Positions 1 through 13,019 are shown, counted from the stretch's first letter. The stretch is 60,251 bases of DNA from a virus (IMGVR_UViG_3300042478_002844:1-60251), one strand, 5' to 3'. Notes: generated by a model not told the origin, from the sequence alone. Program-made: numbers and translations.

Positions 1-3504
<3,504 letters not shown>

Positions 3505-3508
3505 TTAT

Positions 3509-3796
3509 TTAATCTCCAACAAAAGTGTCTCCTGGATAATCTCCAGTTAAATCCATCCACTGAAAAACGTCTGGATTAGCTGACATTTGAACATAAATAT
3601 ATTCTGTAAGATTTTGAGTATTAAGCCATCTGTCTCCAAGTTTTGCTTCAGAAGGAGCATCGTCTTGTTGGTAAAAAGAAATACCACCACCTGTAACTGC
3701 TGTTTTAACTAATTCCCAATAAGATCCTGTCCATTGCCATGTTTTTCCGTTTATAATAAAACTTGTTGTTACAGAAGGATCAGGAAATTTAAACAT
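3509..3796 (-). CDS. Small fibre-associated protein
   Basis: FPxxP...NGKTWQWTG N-terminus and GDRWLNT..EYIY motif, both shared with the adjacent fibre. Confidence 0.75.
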   Translation of the reverse strand: MFKFPDPSVTTSFIINGKTWQWTGSYWELVKTAVTGGGISFYQQDDAPSEAKLGDRWLNTQNLTEYIYVQMSANPDVFQWMDLTGDYPGDTFVGD

Positions 3797-3798
3797 AA

Positions 3799-3987
3799 TT
3801 AACTCCCATCGCTTACAGATGAACCTGTTTCCATCCAGTAAGACTTTCCAGCATCATCTTTAACATATATTAACAAAATACCACGTGACGTATGAAACCA
3901 CTGATCTCCAGGAGTTGCATACACAGGAGATGTATCTTGAACAAAAAGTTTTTTGTTAACAACATTTGGGTATAGTGATAAGCTCAT
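3799..3987 (-). CDS. Small fibre-associated protein
   Basis: P...PGDQWFHTSRG.L.IY..D...YWM motif, like the fibre's internal repeats. Confidence 0.7.
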   Translation of the reverse strand: MSLSLYPNVVNKKLFVQDTSPVYATPGDQWFHTSRGILLIYVKDDAGKSYWMETGSSVSDGS

Positions 3988-4027
3988 AAAATTAATTACT
4001 AAAAAAGTTTATTTTGTCTTTGTGCCG

Positions 4028-4538
4028 ATATAGATTTTGTAGTTTTGTAACAGCACGACTACAAAATCTTATATGATATTGTGGCGCAGAGTTTTGAGTG
4101 GCCAGCGGTAATCAGTCCCAAACAACTCTGGTAGCGCATTTCCAAATGCGGTGGAAGGGTCGTCAAGGTCGAACCGGAACTGACTCAACTATTGGACAGC
4201 GAAAATAAGCTCTGTTAAAGCTTGCTGGCAACTAACCGTTGTTGCAAATAATTTATAAAATTTTAAAATATAACATCAAACAATAATTACAGAAACGGAT
4301 TCTGAAAACAGATGGGCGTGTGTCCTCTATATGAAATAGTTTCAGAATTATTATAGAGTGGCGATTGACTCGGGGATATCTCCCTGTTTCACAGGGAACA
4401 GAAACGGTTTCATACAGAAGTAGAATACATACCGTTCGATGTCACGAACGTGACATCGACAAATGGAGCGAAGCGACATTAACGAAATACTTATCCTCGT
4501 GGCTTTGCCACTCGGCACAGAACACTTCGTGTTCAGTG
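4028..4538. ncRNA. Putative structured non-coding element (ncRNA or origin-like hairpin cluster)
   Basis: Largest gene-free gap, with at least 7 inverted repeats: 4032-4069, 4087-4130, 4135-4150, 4381-4397, 4436-4459, 4499-4511, 4520-4534. Confidence 0.45.
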
Positions 4539-4547
4539 TTAGAAAAA

Positions 4548-5432
4548 TTACACATCATAATTAACTGTGTCGAAACCATGCACTTTTTCTAGATCAAGTA
4601 ATGCTTCACTTCCAACATTACTTTTTACTGCTTCAATAAAATTTGAACTATGAGACGTGGTGATAAACTGTTTATCAGGAAAACATGAAATGAGTCTCTT
4701 AACTAGTCCAGGGTGTCTCTTGAAATATATATGCATTTCAGCATTGTCTATTAAGTAAATGTTACTAGGATTTAATACTGATTCATTACATATGTGCCGG
4801 AGGAGTGTAGCTATTTTCTTTTCTCCATCACTCATTCTCTTAAAGTGTACTTTTACTTCATTCTTTTGTATGACTAGGTCTTGATAAAATGTTGCACTAT
4901 CTTCCATGTCATATGTTGTTATTTCTTTTCCTAATGAGATAGGTAGACCATAAACATAAGAAGCAATTTCAATAAATTTATCTTTTGCTTCTTTCCTAAT
5001 TTGAAATTTATTCATATTCATTGGGTGGTCTGCATCAGTAAAAACACTCCACCCTTCTTGATCTGAATTGTATCTTTGCAAGTTAGATTCTACAATTCCG
5101 TTTTGGTCTAATTTTACTGTATATTCTTTTTGTTCTTTATCTAAAAAAGTTGCTGTGAGTAAAAGATCCCTTGTTGATTTCATAAATCCAGAATATGTTG
5201 GATCGTAGTCTTCATGAAATATCATTTTTCTAAAATACATGTCATTTTCTCTACCAAAAAATTGATAAGGATTAGACAACATTCTGATTCCACTCAAAAC
5301 TGTGCTTTTCCCAGTTCCATTTGGTCCGAAAAATACAGTGAGAGGCAAAGGCTTATTGTCTTTAAAAAAATCTAAAGATAATTTTTTGTATCCACAGAAA
5401 TTAACAAAGTCAATACTTTTGAGATAATACAT
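4548..5432 (-). CDS. ABC/SMC-like (AAA_21-type) ATPase
   Basis: Walker A GPNGTGKS, signature MSDGEKK, Walker B IYLIDNAEMH, H-loop TTSHS. GGAG lies 8 nt before ATG 5432. Confidence 0.85.
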   Translation of the reverse strand: MYYLKSIDFVNFCGYKKLSLDFFKDNKPLPLTVFFGPNGTGKSTVLSGIRMLSNPYQFFGRENDMYFRKMIFHEDYDPTYSGFMKSTRDLLLTATFLDKEQKEYTVKLDQNGIVESNLQRYNSDQEGWSVFTDADHPMNMNKFQIRKEAKDKFIEIASYVYGLPISLGKEITTYDMEDSATFYQDLVIQKNEVKVHFKRMSDGEKKIATLLRHICNESVLNPSNIYLIDNAEMHIYFKRHPGLVKRLISCFPDKQFITTSHSSNFIEAVKSNVGSEALLDLEKVHGFDTVNYDV

Positions 5433-6105
5433 GAACCACACTCCAATTAAGGTACAAGAGTTTTTTTCGGAATTACTTAAGAAATCTGTTGCTAAAGAGA
5501 TATTTAACGTAATATCAAATTCTAATTTCCCACAAGAAGCAGTAAATGTTGATTTTCATGTCAAAGACGGAAAGATGAGATCAACAAAACCATGGAACAC
5601 TCAGTTTCAGTGTGATGCTGATAGTATGGTGGAGTGCAAAAAGGTTCTTCATTACCTGACTATTGCGGAAGACCCAACAAAAGAGGACATCGATACTTTT
5701 GAAAATTGGAGAATGGATCTTGCAAAAGAATTGCTACTTTTATGTGACGATTCTTTTAAGTCAAATGTAAGAAAATTAGTTTTTGGAGAAGACAGTCCAG
5801 AAGTTTTTCCTCTAAATACAATCAAGGTGTATGACATAGACATTACAAATCGTCCAGAAAACGACAAGGTTCTTGTTGTTAAAAAAGAAGCTCCTCAAGG
5901 AATACAGACTCATCCTGTAACTGCAGAGTTGATTAAAGAACACGAGGAGACGGGGCGCGATGTAAGTGAAATAATTGCTGAAAAAAAGAAAAATGAAGAT
6001 ATTCGCTACAAGTGGGTTACAGGCGCAACGTGGAGAAAGCATTTTTACGATATAACAGTAAGTTTCATGATAGATTACACCCCAAATCAATACCCCTCAT
6101 CATAA
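5431..6105 (+). CDS. Hypothetical protein
   Basis: 224-aa ORF with phage-like composition, followed by a terminator. Start uncertain. Confidence 0.7.
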   Translation: MNHTPIKVQEFFSELLKKSVAKEIFNVISNSNFPQEAVNVDFHVKDGKMRSTKPWNTQFQCDADSMVECKKVLHYLTIAEDPTKEDIDTFENWRMDLAKELLLLCDDSFKSNVRKLVFGEDSPEVFPLNTIKVYDIDITNRPENDKVLVVKKEAPQGIQTHPVTAELIKEHEETGRDVSEIIAEKKKNEDIRYKWVTGATWRKHFYDITVSFMIDYTPNQYPSS

Positions 6106-6144
6106 TTTCATACATATATTTATATTTTAATAAAAAGGGGTATG

Positions 6145-6181
6145 GAACAGTACGGAGTAAAAACCGTACTGTTCTTTTTTT
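6145..6181 (+). terminator. Rho-independent terminator
   Basis: gaacagtacgg / ccgtactgttc 11-bp stem followed by T7. Confidence 0.8.
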
Positions 6182-6191
6182 GGAGAATTAT

Positions 6192-6527
6192 ATGCTTGAA
6201 TTTAACTCAAACAACTACGAAATGCGTAAGCAAGCTGCAAAGCATAACGGCAAAGACGTTCCTCTTGGAAAGATTATGAAGGGTGACGTAAAGAAATTCA
6301 AGGTTTACGTCAAAGATCCAAAAAGTGGAAATGTTAAGAAAGTAAACTTTGGACACGGTGGTTCAAGTGCCAAGGCAAAGGGTGAAAAAACACTTTCTAT
6401 CAAGAGAAATCAGCCAAGCAGACAGAAAAGCTTCCTTGCTAGACATAAGTGTGATCAGGCAAAGGATAGAACTTCAGCAAAGTACTGGAGTTGCAAAGCT
6501 TGGAGAAAGAATACCAAGCTACCGTGA
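6192..6527 (+). CDS. Small basic Cys/His phage protein (KKFKVYV...ARHKC...YWSC family), probable head-internal protein
   Basis: GGAG before ATG 6192. RKQA junction precedes a module I recognise from many phage metagenomic proteins. Confidence 0.8.
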   Translation: MLEFNSNNYEMRKQAAKHNGKDVPLGKIMKGDVKKFKVYVKDPKSGNVKKVNFGHGGSSAKAKGEKTLSIKRNQPSRQKSFLARHKCDQAKDRTSAKYWSCKAWRKNTKLP

Positions 6528-7261
6528 TTAAAGTTTCTTCATCAGATTGGTTTAAAATTGGCATAGAAAACAACTGGATTTCTTCAAAGAAAACAGTTGC
6601 TATTAGTGCTATGGATATGCCGTTTCCGTCTGCTTCTGGAGGAATTATTGATTCTGCGCGTGATTATGTTAGAGAAAAGAATAAGCCAGATTCTGGATCA
6701 GAATCTAGTAAAGAAGATTCTGGATCAAGCTTAAATAGCGTTCTTGGCATTACTGTTGGTTCAATTGCTGCACAAAATATTGTTTCTAACCTTATGTCAA
6801 GAAGTCAGATAAAGATGACTCCTGAACAAATTAATTCAATAGCATCTGATCCCAAAAAGTTAAAAGATTTATTAAGCTCTCGTGGGATTACTTCTGTAGA
6901 TCAATTAGCTGTATTTCAAGAAAAACCAAGCTTGTTTAGAAGAATGGTCGGACCAAGTAAAACTAGAACTGCTCTTGGAAGAGGAGCTGCTGCTTTGGGT
7001 GGTGGAGCTGCTGGGTGGCTTCTTACTGATTGGATTACTGATGCGACAGTAAATCAAAGAAAAGGCTTTAATGTTGCGTCAAAATCTGCTATTGAGCAAA
7101 AGGCAGGCAGTATACCTAAATTCAAAGGCGCTGGGCTTAAACTTACAATGATAGCAAGAGAAGTTTCTGGCATATCTAAAAGTTTAGATAAAACAATGGC
7201 AGAAGGTGTTGCTACATTTTTAGATTTATTAAATCAAATAGACTCTCAAAAAATACAGTAG
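6524..7261 (+). CDS. Leader-bearing glycine-zipper protein
   Basis: GTGA overlap start. IKVSSSDWFKIGIENNW leader, GRGAAALGGGAAGWL zipper, GISKSLD motif. Confidence 0.8.
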   Translation: MIKVSSSDWFKIGIENNWISSKKTVAISAMDMPFPSASGGIIDSARDYVREKNKPDSGSESSKEDSGSSLNSVLGITVGSIAAQNIVSNLMSRSQIKMTPEQINSIASDPKKLKDLLSSRGITSVDQLAVFQEKPSLFRRMVGPSKTRTALGRGAAALGGGAAGWLLTDWITDATVNQRKGFNVASKSAIEQKAGSIPKFKGAGLKLTMIAREVSGISKSLDKTMAEGVATFLDLLNQIDSQKIQ

Positions 7262-7265
7262 TAAC

Positions 7266-7293
7266 AAGGAAAAGACTTTTATTATCTTAAATA
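7266..7293 (+). promoter_or_regulatory. Putative phage promoter AAGG-N20-AATA
   Basis: Recurrent motif, 27 nt upstream of ATG 7321. Confidence 0.55.
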
Positions 7294-7320
7294 AGAAATA
7301 TAATTTGGAGGAATTTATAA

Positions 7321-8220
7321 ATGGCACGTTTTATCAAAATGGCAAATGCATCTCAACCAGTAGTAAAAATGAGCTCAAAAGAATGGCTTCAGGTTGGATT
7401 AAAAAGTGGATTATTTTATAAAGATGACAGCTCTATAAAGATAGCATTGACGGGTGCTCCGAGTGACAATCCAGTTGTTGGTGCAGGTAAACTTTTTGAT
7501 GAAAATCAAGGTAAATTAAAAGATCCACAGTGGCAAGCCGCATTGGGAGCATATAAAAGCAAACGTGCCCCGCAGGGGTATAGTGTCGTTGAAACAAGTC
7601 CAGGAAGTGGTATTTTTGGACTTAAAAATAATGCAACCGGTGCTTTGAATATGCCAGGAAGAGGTAATCAAAACTTGGCTAGTATGTTAAACTCTGTTGG
7701 AAGAAAAGCTGCTGCAGGTGGAACCGTGTTGCCAAATCCAATTCCAGACGGTGGCGGTGGCGGAGGAGGAACTACTCCAGCTCCAATTCCAGACGGTGGC
7801 GGTGGCGGAGGAGGAACTACTCCAGCTCCAGTTCCAGCTCCAGCTCCAAGTCTAACTAGGGGACAAATTCTTGGACGTGGCGCTGCCGCACTTGGCGGTG
7901 GTCTTGCTGGTTATTATGGAACAGGAGCTATGCTCGACGCAGCAAGAGGTAATAATCAAATGAAAGACTATCGTCCACAAGACTTTCATAGAGGTATAGC
8001 TTCTTTACAAATGGTCTTTCAACCAATCGCTGGCATTAGTAAAGTGCTAGATAAAGAAATGAGAAATATTATGGGAACAATAGCTGATTTGCAAAATCAA
8101 TTGCAACAAACTCAGCCTGCTTCTCGTGGTCCTTCAATGCGTAAACAAGATCAGGTTGCAGAAGCTTTACGCAATAGATATGCTCCCGGTTCATCTGCTC
8201 CAGATTACTTACCTAAATAA
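7321..8220 (+). CDS. Leader-bearing glycine-zipper protein
   Basis: GGAGG RBS. VKMSSKEWLQVGLKSGL...IKIA leader, GRGAAALGGGLAGYYG zipper, GISKVLD motif. Confidence 0.85.
   Translation: MARFIKMANASQPVVKMSSKEWLQVGLKSGLFYKDDSSIKIALTGAPSDNPVVGAGKLFDENQGKLKDPQWQAALGAYKSKRAPQGYSVVETSPGSGIFGLKNNATGALNMPGRGNQNLASMLNSVGRKAAAGGTVLPNPIPDGGGGGGGTTPAPIPDGGGGGGGTTPAPVPAPAPSLTRGQILGRGAAALGGGLAGYYGTGAMLDAARGNNQMKDYRPQDFHRGIASLQMVFQPIAGISKVLDKEMRNIMGTIADLQNQLQQTQPASRGPSMRKQDQVAEALRNRYAPGSSAPDYLPK
7738..7830 (+). repeat. Exact 45-bp tandem duplication (PIPDGGGGGGGTTPA x2)
   Basis: ccaattccagacggtggcggtggcggaggaggaactactccagct occurs at 7738 and 7783. Confidence 0.95.
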
Positions 8221-8229
8221 GAGGTTAAT

Positions 8230-8970
8230 ATGAAAAACGAAATGATTAAAATATCTCAAACACAATGGCTTGCTTCTGGTATAAGAAAAGGTTATGTTAT
8301 TCCAGAAAAAGACGGCACATTTACTCTTAACAAAGAAGCTCAGCTTGCTTACAATTTAGGAAAAGCGGTTGGCCCAGCTCTTGCAGGAGCAGGCAAAACA
8401 TTCTTTGGCTCTGCTCTTAGATCAGGATTGACTGGTGCTGGAGTAGGAGCTTTAGCAAGTATATTTAGTAAAACTAATCTTCTTCAATCTGCTCAAGATT
8501 GGTGGAAGGGCGGTTCTGAAACTCCAGAGATGTTAAAAGCTTTACAGAACGCTCAGGCAAGATTCCAACAAGAAGTTAAGAGTAGACTAGGCGGAATATC
8601 TGACAGATTAGATAATGACCTAAAGAATATAGACGCAAAGCTGAGCGAAAGAATAGCAACAATCTCTCAAAGATTGACTGAAAGAGGTATTGGACCTGCT
8701 TTTGAAGCTGGAAAGAGACTTCTCGAAGAAGATGAATTAATGAATGACATGTTGATAGCAACTGGCAAGTCTCCAACAAATTATGAAGCTCTGACAGGCA
8801 AGACTACTGGAGATCAGTTGCCACCAGCTCCAACTCCAGCAGCTGCTCCTTCAGCTCCAACTCCAGTAGTTTCAACACAGCCTGCAGCCGCAGATTTGCA
8901 GGCAGCTCCTAAAGCTAAGCCTTCTGGAACTGGAACTACAGCTGCATTAATGCAAAGATTTGATCAGTAA
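8230..8970 (+). CDS. Leader-bearing glycine-zipper protein
   Basis: IKISQTQWLASGIRKGY...NKEAQ leader, GLTGAGVGALAS zipper, GISDRLD motif, Pro/Ala tail. Confidence 0.85.
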   Translation: MKNEMIKISQTQWLASGIRKGYVIPEKDGTFTLNKEAQLAYNLGKAVGPALAGAGKTFFGSALRSGLTGAGVGALASIFSKTNLLQSAQDWWKGGSETPEMLKALQNAQARFQQEVKSRLGGISDRLDNDLKNIDAKLSERIATISQRLTERGIGPAFEAGKRLLEEDELMNDMLIATGKSPTNYEALTGKTTGDQLPPAPTPAAAPSAPTPVVSTQPAAADLQAAPKAKPSGTGTTAALMQRFDQ

Positions 8971-8983
8971 TAAGGATATAAAA

Positions 8984-9916
8984 ATGAACAATAGAACATC
9001 AAAAATAGCTAACAAATTCCTTTTAAAGTCTTCTGGAAATTTTGTAAAAGTAGCTCAACAATCTGCTGCAGATGCAAGAGCTCAAGCAAAGATTCGTAGT
9101 GCAAATCGCGAAAAAGCGCTCGCATTCATGAAAGAAGGAAGATTTGACAGAATCCCAGTTGCAGGAGCAGGTGGCGTATATTTTGCTAGTCTAGAACCAG
9201 CAGAAAAACTACAGATTGTTAACTATTGGAAAAATAGAATAGCAAATGGCCCAAACAGAGAAGCTGCTGCAAAAGATTTTATTGGTCTTATGGATATTGG
9301 AGATCAACAGGGTCTTGGGATAGCTGATCTTTCATCTAAAGATGGTTTTCCATCTCGTATCAAGTATTTAGATGAATTGGCCTCTGATATAGCAACCGAC
9401 ATGCAAGCTGCCGCTGGCCAAGGTGCAGGTGCAGCAGCTTCTACTGGCCCAGCTAGTGGAGGTAGCCCTAAAGCTCAAGGTCCACAGCAGGACATGAGAA
9501 GTCCATACGATCCTAATGTTCCACTAGGCGCTGGTCCAGAAGGCCAAAAGCCATCTCCAACTACACCAAGTAAAGACGATGTTGCTTCTAAGGCTCCAGC
9601 AGGTGGTGCAGCTGCTGCAGATACTACTGGAGGCGGTGGTGCTGCTGGTGGTGGTGCTGCTGGTGGTGCTGCTGGTGGTGCTGCTGCTGGTGGTGCAACC
9701 CCGGCCACTCCAGCCAATACAAATCTACCTCCCTCTGGCTCATCTGCATCTAATGTTCGTCAGCCAAACTACTTCTTCCCAGAAGGTAAGCAAGCAGCCA
9801 TTGAAGGGTACTACGGTCCCTATGCAGGACCAAATGGCAAAAAGCGCTACTTTAAGGTTGTATACGATAGATCTTCTAAGAGATATTCGTACACTGGTGA
9901 ATTTGAAGATAGGTAA
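8984..9916 (+). CDS. Hypothetical protein with K-x-A junction and Gly/Ala/Pro low-complexity region
   Basis: AAGGA RBS before ATG 8984. FVKVAQ junction. Confidence 0.8.
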   Translation: MNNRTSKIANKFLLKSSGNFVKVAQQSAADARAQAKIRSANREKALAFMKEGRFDRIPVAGAGGVYFASLEPAEKLQIVNYWKNRIANGPNREAAAKDFIGLMDIGDQQGLGIADLSSKDGFPSRIKYLDELASDIATDMQAAAGQGAGAAASTGPASGGSPKAQGPQQDMRSPYDPNVPLGAGPEGQKPSPTTPSKDDVASKAPAGGAAAADTTGGGGAAGGGAAGGAAGGAAAGGATPATPANTNLPPSGSSASNVRQPNYFFPEGKQAAIEGYYGPYAGPNGKKRYFKVVYDRSSKRYSYTGEFEDR

Positions 9917-9938
9917 TAAGTATTAAATATCAATAAAT

Positions 9939-9966
9939 AAAAACAGGCAGTAATGCCTGTTTTTTA
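9939..9966. terminator. Bidirectional terminator
   Basis: aaaaacaggca-gtaa-tgcctgttttt between convergent genes. Confidence 0.85.
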
Positions 9967-9983
9967 TTATATAAGTGTTTTAT

Positions 9984-10841
9984 TTATCTTGATCTATATG
10001 ATCTTTGTGCAGCTCTTTCTTGATACGCAGCCGCTATTGCTGGATTTTGCTTTCCAAGTATCTGTTGAGCCTTTATCATTTTTTCGCGTATGATATGATC
10101 CATCATTTTTGGGTTAACCATTTTATATTTTATAAGTTCTATTCTTAATCTTCTTTCGTATTGCTCAAATGTCTCAGTTCTTGTGCTTATATTTGGAAGA
10201 CTATTTATAAAACCATCCAATACTCTAAAAGCTTCATTTGTATCAATTTTTTCTAAGTCTTCTTCATTAAAAGTTAATATAGCCCTTAATATTCTTTGAT
10301 CACTAAAATCTTTTCTTCCACCAGGTGATAAGTCTGGCTTATTTAAATCACGCTCAAAATCATAGAGCGTTGGATAATGCTGATAAAATTGCTGAGCAGT
10401 CCAATTATAATTAGACATATACCATTGCTTAGCTTCTTCATAATCTTCAGCTAATTCTTTTTCTTTTCTTGCCATATCTGCCACTGTTCTATATGGAGGC
10501 AAATTGAGTCCCTGTCTTAATTTATTTGTTTCTATAAGACTTGATGGATCTAGCTGGCTTTGTTGCGACTGCGACTGTGGAGTAGTAGTTGTTGAAGGTG
10601 AAGTGTAAGCTTTAGCCTTTTCTGCCACGTTACTATCAGTATCTATTACAGTTCCAGACATTTGATCTATACGTCTACCATCAGACATATAATAATATTT
10701 TCTTCCTCCATGGTCGTACAGAACAGGATTCCTTGAAGGCTTTCCATTTACATCTACATACTGATTTCCTTGCTGTGCTTGAGCAATTTTTTCAAGTAAT
10801 TGACTATTTCGTGTAAAATGCAAACTGTTCGATGAATACAT
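9984..10841 (-). CDS. Hypothetical protein
   Basis: 285-aa ORF with EKIAQ junction near the N-terminus. Confidence 0.75.
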   Translation of the reverse strand: MYSSNSLHFTRNSQLLEKIAQAQQGNQYVDVNGKPSRNPVLYDHGGRKYYYMSDGRRIDQMSGTVIDTDSNVAEKAKAYTSPSTTTTPQSQSQQSQLDPSSLIETNKLRQGLNLPPYRTVADMARKEKELAEDYEEAKQWYMSNYNWTAQQFYQHYPTLYDFERDLNKPDLSPGGRKDFSDQRILRAILTFNEEDLEKIDTNEAFRVLDGFINSLPNISTRTETFEQYERRLRIELIKYKMVNPKMMDHIIREKMIKAQQILGKQNPAIAAAYQERAAQRSYRSR

Positions 10842-10843
10842 AA

Positions 10844-10872
10844 TAGGAATAACCTCAAAATTTTTGAAAATA
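10844..10872 (+). promoter_or_regulatory. Putative phage promoter TAGG-N21-AATA
   Basis: Motif 14 nt upstream of ATG 10887. Confidence 0.5.
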
Positions 10873-10886
10873 CATTATATTATACT

Positions 10887-11471
10887 ATGGCTATAAAAAA
10901 TATCCTTACTAATTTATATTCTAAATTAGAATCAAATTCTGACAATACTTTAACTCCAACAGAGCAAATGCTGGCAGAAAGTACAATATGGTTTTTAGAA
11001 ACAGAATTGGTAGAGTTGAATTATATTATATCCGAAGAGCAAAAAGCGCAAGATGATGATGAAAGAAACCCCCCACTTGTTCCAAGAGAACATTTTGATA
11101 TAGAAAAAATGAAGAAGTTTGTTTGGCTCATTGAATCTATAATCAATGGTTTAAATTTTTTAAGTTCAAGAACAAATCAATTAATGCAACAAAGATCTAG
11201 AAGCTCTATTGCCAAAATTGTTATGACCCCTGAACAAATGTGTGAAGTTCGTGGAACTAGAAAATTAGATATGAGCGCATTCCCACCAATCATGCCTCAT
11301 GAAATTCAAGATGTAATAGGAAAAGTTCCATTAAAATTTAAACAACAAGCAAGAAAAATACATCAATGGATAGAACAAGAGAATGTTTTTGGATCTCTTG
11401 GCCCCGTATTTCCGCCTTTAGGAAAAAACATTCAACAATTGTATGTTATAACTGGAGAATACTCAAGATAA
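10887..11471 (+). CDS. Hypothetical protein
   Basis: 194-aa ORF, first of three co-oriented genes. Confidence 0.75.
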   Translation: MAIKNILTNLYSKLESNSDNTLTPTEQMLAESTIWFLETELVELNYIISEEQKAQDDDERNPPLVPREHFDIEKMKKFVWLIESIINGLNFLSSRTNQLMQQRSRSSIAKIVMTPEQMCEVRGTRKLDMSAFPPIMPHEIQDVIGKVPLKFKQQARKIHQWIEQENVFGSLGPVFPPLGKNIQQLYVITGEYSR

Positions 11472-11480
11472 GAGGCAATT

Positions 11481-12092
11481 ATGATTATTATTAAAACATT
11501 AACTTTTTCTCATTTTCAAAAAGAAGCAAATTCATTTGGAGACAAGGCCAAGGACCTTATAGAAGAGACCAAGAGGAGTCCAACAAGTCCTTTCTGGGGG
11601 CTATTAAGCGCCATTACAGACAGTCCTACCGTAAACCAACTAATGGGTGGAACTTCTACCTTAGCACTCGCAAAAGGCTTGAGAGGTATGGGAGAAGTCC
11701 ATGGATTAGATACCGCAAATGTCATGGAAAAAGTATCTAAAGAAATGAAGCAAAGTTTTGAACAAGCGACTTCAAATGTTGTTTTGTTCAAACACTTGCC
11801 AGAAGAAATACAAAATATGCTTTGCATTTATAAGAGAAGTAGGGGCAGTTTACTTCCAGGTTCGGAACACTTTGATAACATAATGAAAGAAATTAAAAGA
11901 ATACCTTATGTGTATAATGAACTTCATGATGTTTACGAAGATACTGGAACAGCTTTTGAAACACCGACTCCAAAGGGTAAGAAACTAGACGAAAAACTAG
12001 AAAGCATATTTATTACATGGCTTCCAACCGCACTAGCAGGACTTGCTAGTCGTTTTCAAAGAGATAGAGATTACAATACGAAGTGTGTATAA
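11481..12092 (+). CDS. Hypothetical protein
   Basis: GAGG RBS. FQKEAN junction. Confidence 0.75.
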   Translation: MIIIKTLTFSHFQKEANSFGDKAKDLIEETKRSPTSPFWGLLSAITDSPTVNQLMGGTSTLALAKGLRGMGEVHGLDTANVMEKVSKEMKQSFEQATSNVVLFKHLPEEIQNMLCIYKRSRGSLLPGSEHFDNIMKEIKRIPYVYNELHDVYEDTGTAFETPTPKGKKLDEKLESIFITWLPTALAGLASRFQRDRDYNTKCV

Positions 12093-12102
12093 GGAGTGTT
12101 AA

Positions 12103-12537
12103 ATGAGAGAAATGCAACCGTCAAATCAAGGAAACATAAGTTCTCAACAAGATCCGATAGTTCTTAAAAGCCTAGAAAATGCAAATCAGGCTATTTCTTT
12201 ATTAAGTCAATATATAGTAAAAAATGAAGCATTACAAAGTGAAATAATGCGCAATCAAATTCTTATATCTCATATCAAAAGAAGTTTAGATGAATTAAAT
12301 TATGATATTAAGAAGCATTATTCAGAAGATAAGGTTGTAATGCATAAAATAAACAACATAGTTGACAACTCAGACATTAATAAAATTGCTGAAGCAGTTA
12401 AGGACATTCGATTGGCTATGGGTTTAATGAAGATTATAGCAGCCAATATAACTTCTTATAGTGGTGATCCAGAAGTTTGGTACAGATATACTGATGTTGT
12501 TAAAAGACTTGAAGACAAGGCTAATGTGCTGCCTTAA
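12103..12537 (+). CDS. Hypothetical helical protein
   Basis: AAGGAG RBS. 144 aa. Confidence 0.75.
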   Translation: MREMQPSNQGNISSQQDPIVLKSLENANQAISLLSQYIVKNEALQSEIMRNQILISHIKRSLDELNYDIKKHYSEDKVVMHKINNIVDNSDINKIAEAVKDIRLAMGLMKIIAANITSYSGDPEVWYRYTDVVKRLEDKANVLP

Positions 12538-13019
12538 TCGTCGTTTTTTGCACCAATAAAATCCCAAGTCATTTTGATATTAGAGTATTTTGATAATTCT
12601 ATCTCGTTAATGAGGTCGTCTATATCTGCCCAAGTTGATCTTCTAGTTCCAAATCTTGTTATTGGATTAAGTTTAGCAAACTCTGGTATTTTTTCATATA
12701 TATACGCGTCGAAATCCAAATATTGCTCTTCTAGAAATTCTTCTAGAGTAATTCCGTATTGCTGTTTTACATATTGAGACATGTCAATAAGTAGTTGTAT
12801 ATTAAAAATAGAATACATGTTTGCGCTATCCCAAAAGCTTTTCTGAGATAACTTTATTCCGCCAAGCATTTCTTTGTATCGATAGTCTGATACTTGTGCC
12901 GTCATTTTATTATTTATAATGTCTTTGCATTCTTCCATTACATAAGCTATTCTTTCTGAAGAAAAAAGAATAGCATGAATAAGATCAATTGTGTATCTAT
13001 ATTCTCCCGGCTTTATCAT
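12534..13019 (-). CDS. Hypothetical protein
   Basis: ATGA-coupled to the upstream gene. Confidence 0.75.
   Translation of the reverse strand: MIKPGEYRYTIDLIHAILFSSERIAYVMEECKDIINNKMTAQVSDYRYKEMLGGIKLSQKSFWDSANMYSIFNIQLLIDMSQYVKQQYGITLEEFLEEQYLDFDAYIYEKIPEFAKLNPITRFGTRRSTWADIDDLINEIELSKYSNIKMTWDFIGAKNDD

Noticed and set aside
4075-4193. Canonical functional tRNA gene
   Set aside because: 9-nt anticodon loop, abnormal T-arm, D-loop insert and no CCA. Kept only as a tRNA-like finding.
4365-4592. 75-aa plus-strand ORF
   Set aside because: TTG start, no clear RBS, runs through hairpins and overlaps the 3' end of the ATPase.
4548-5432. ATPase as part of a Gabija/Septu/PARIS/OLD-type defence system
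   Set aside because: No TOPRIM domain and no adjacent co-oriented nuclease partner.
9475-9926. ORFs 9475-9717 and 9579-9926 (poly-Pro/Ala, poly-Leu/Val)
   Set aside because: Shadows of the GGT/GCT repeat in gene 8984-9916.
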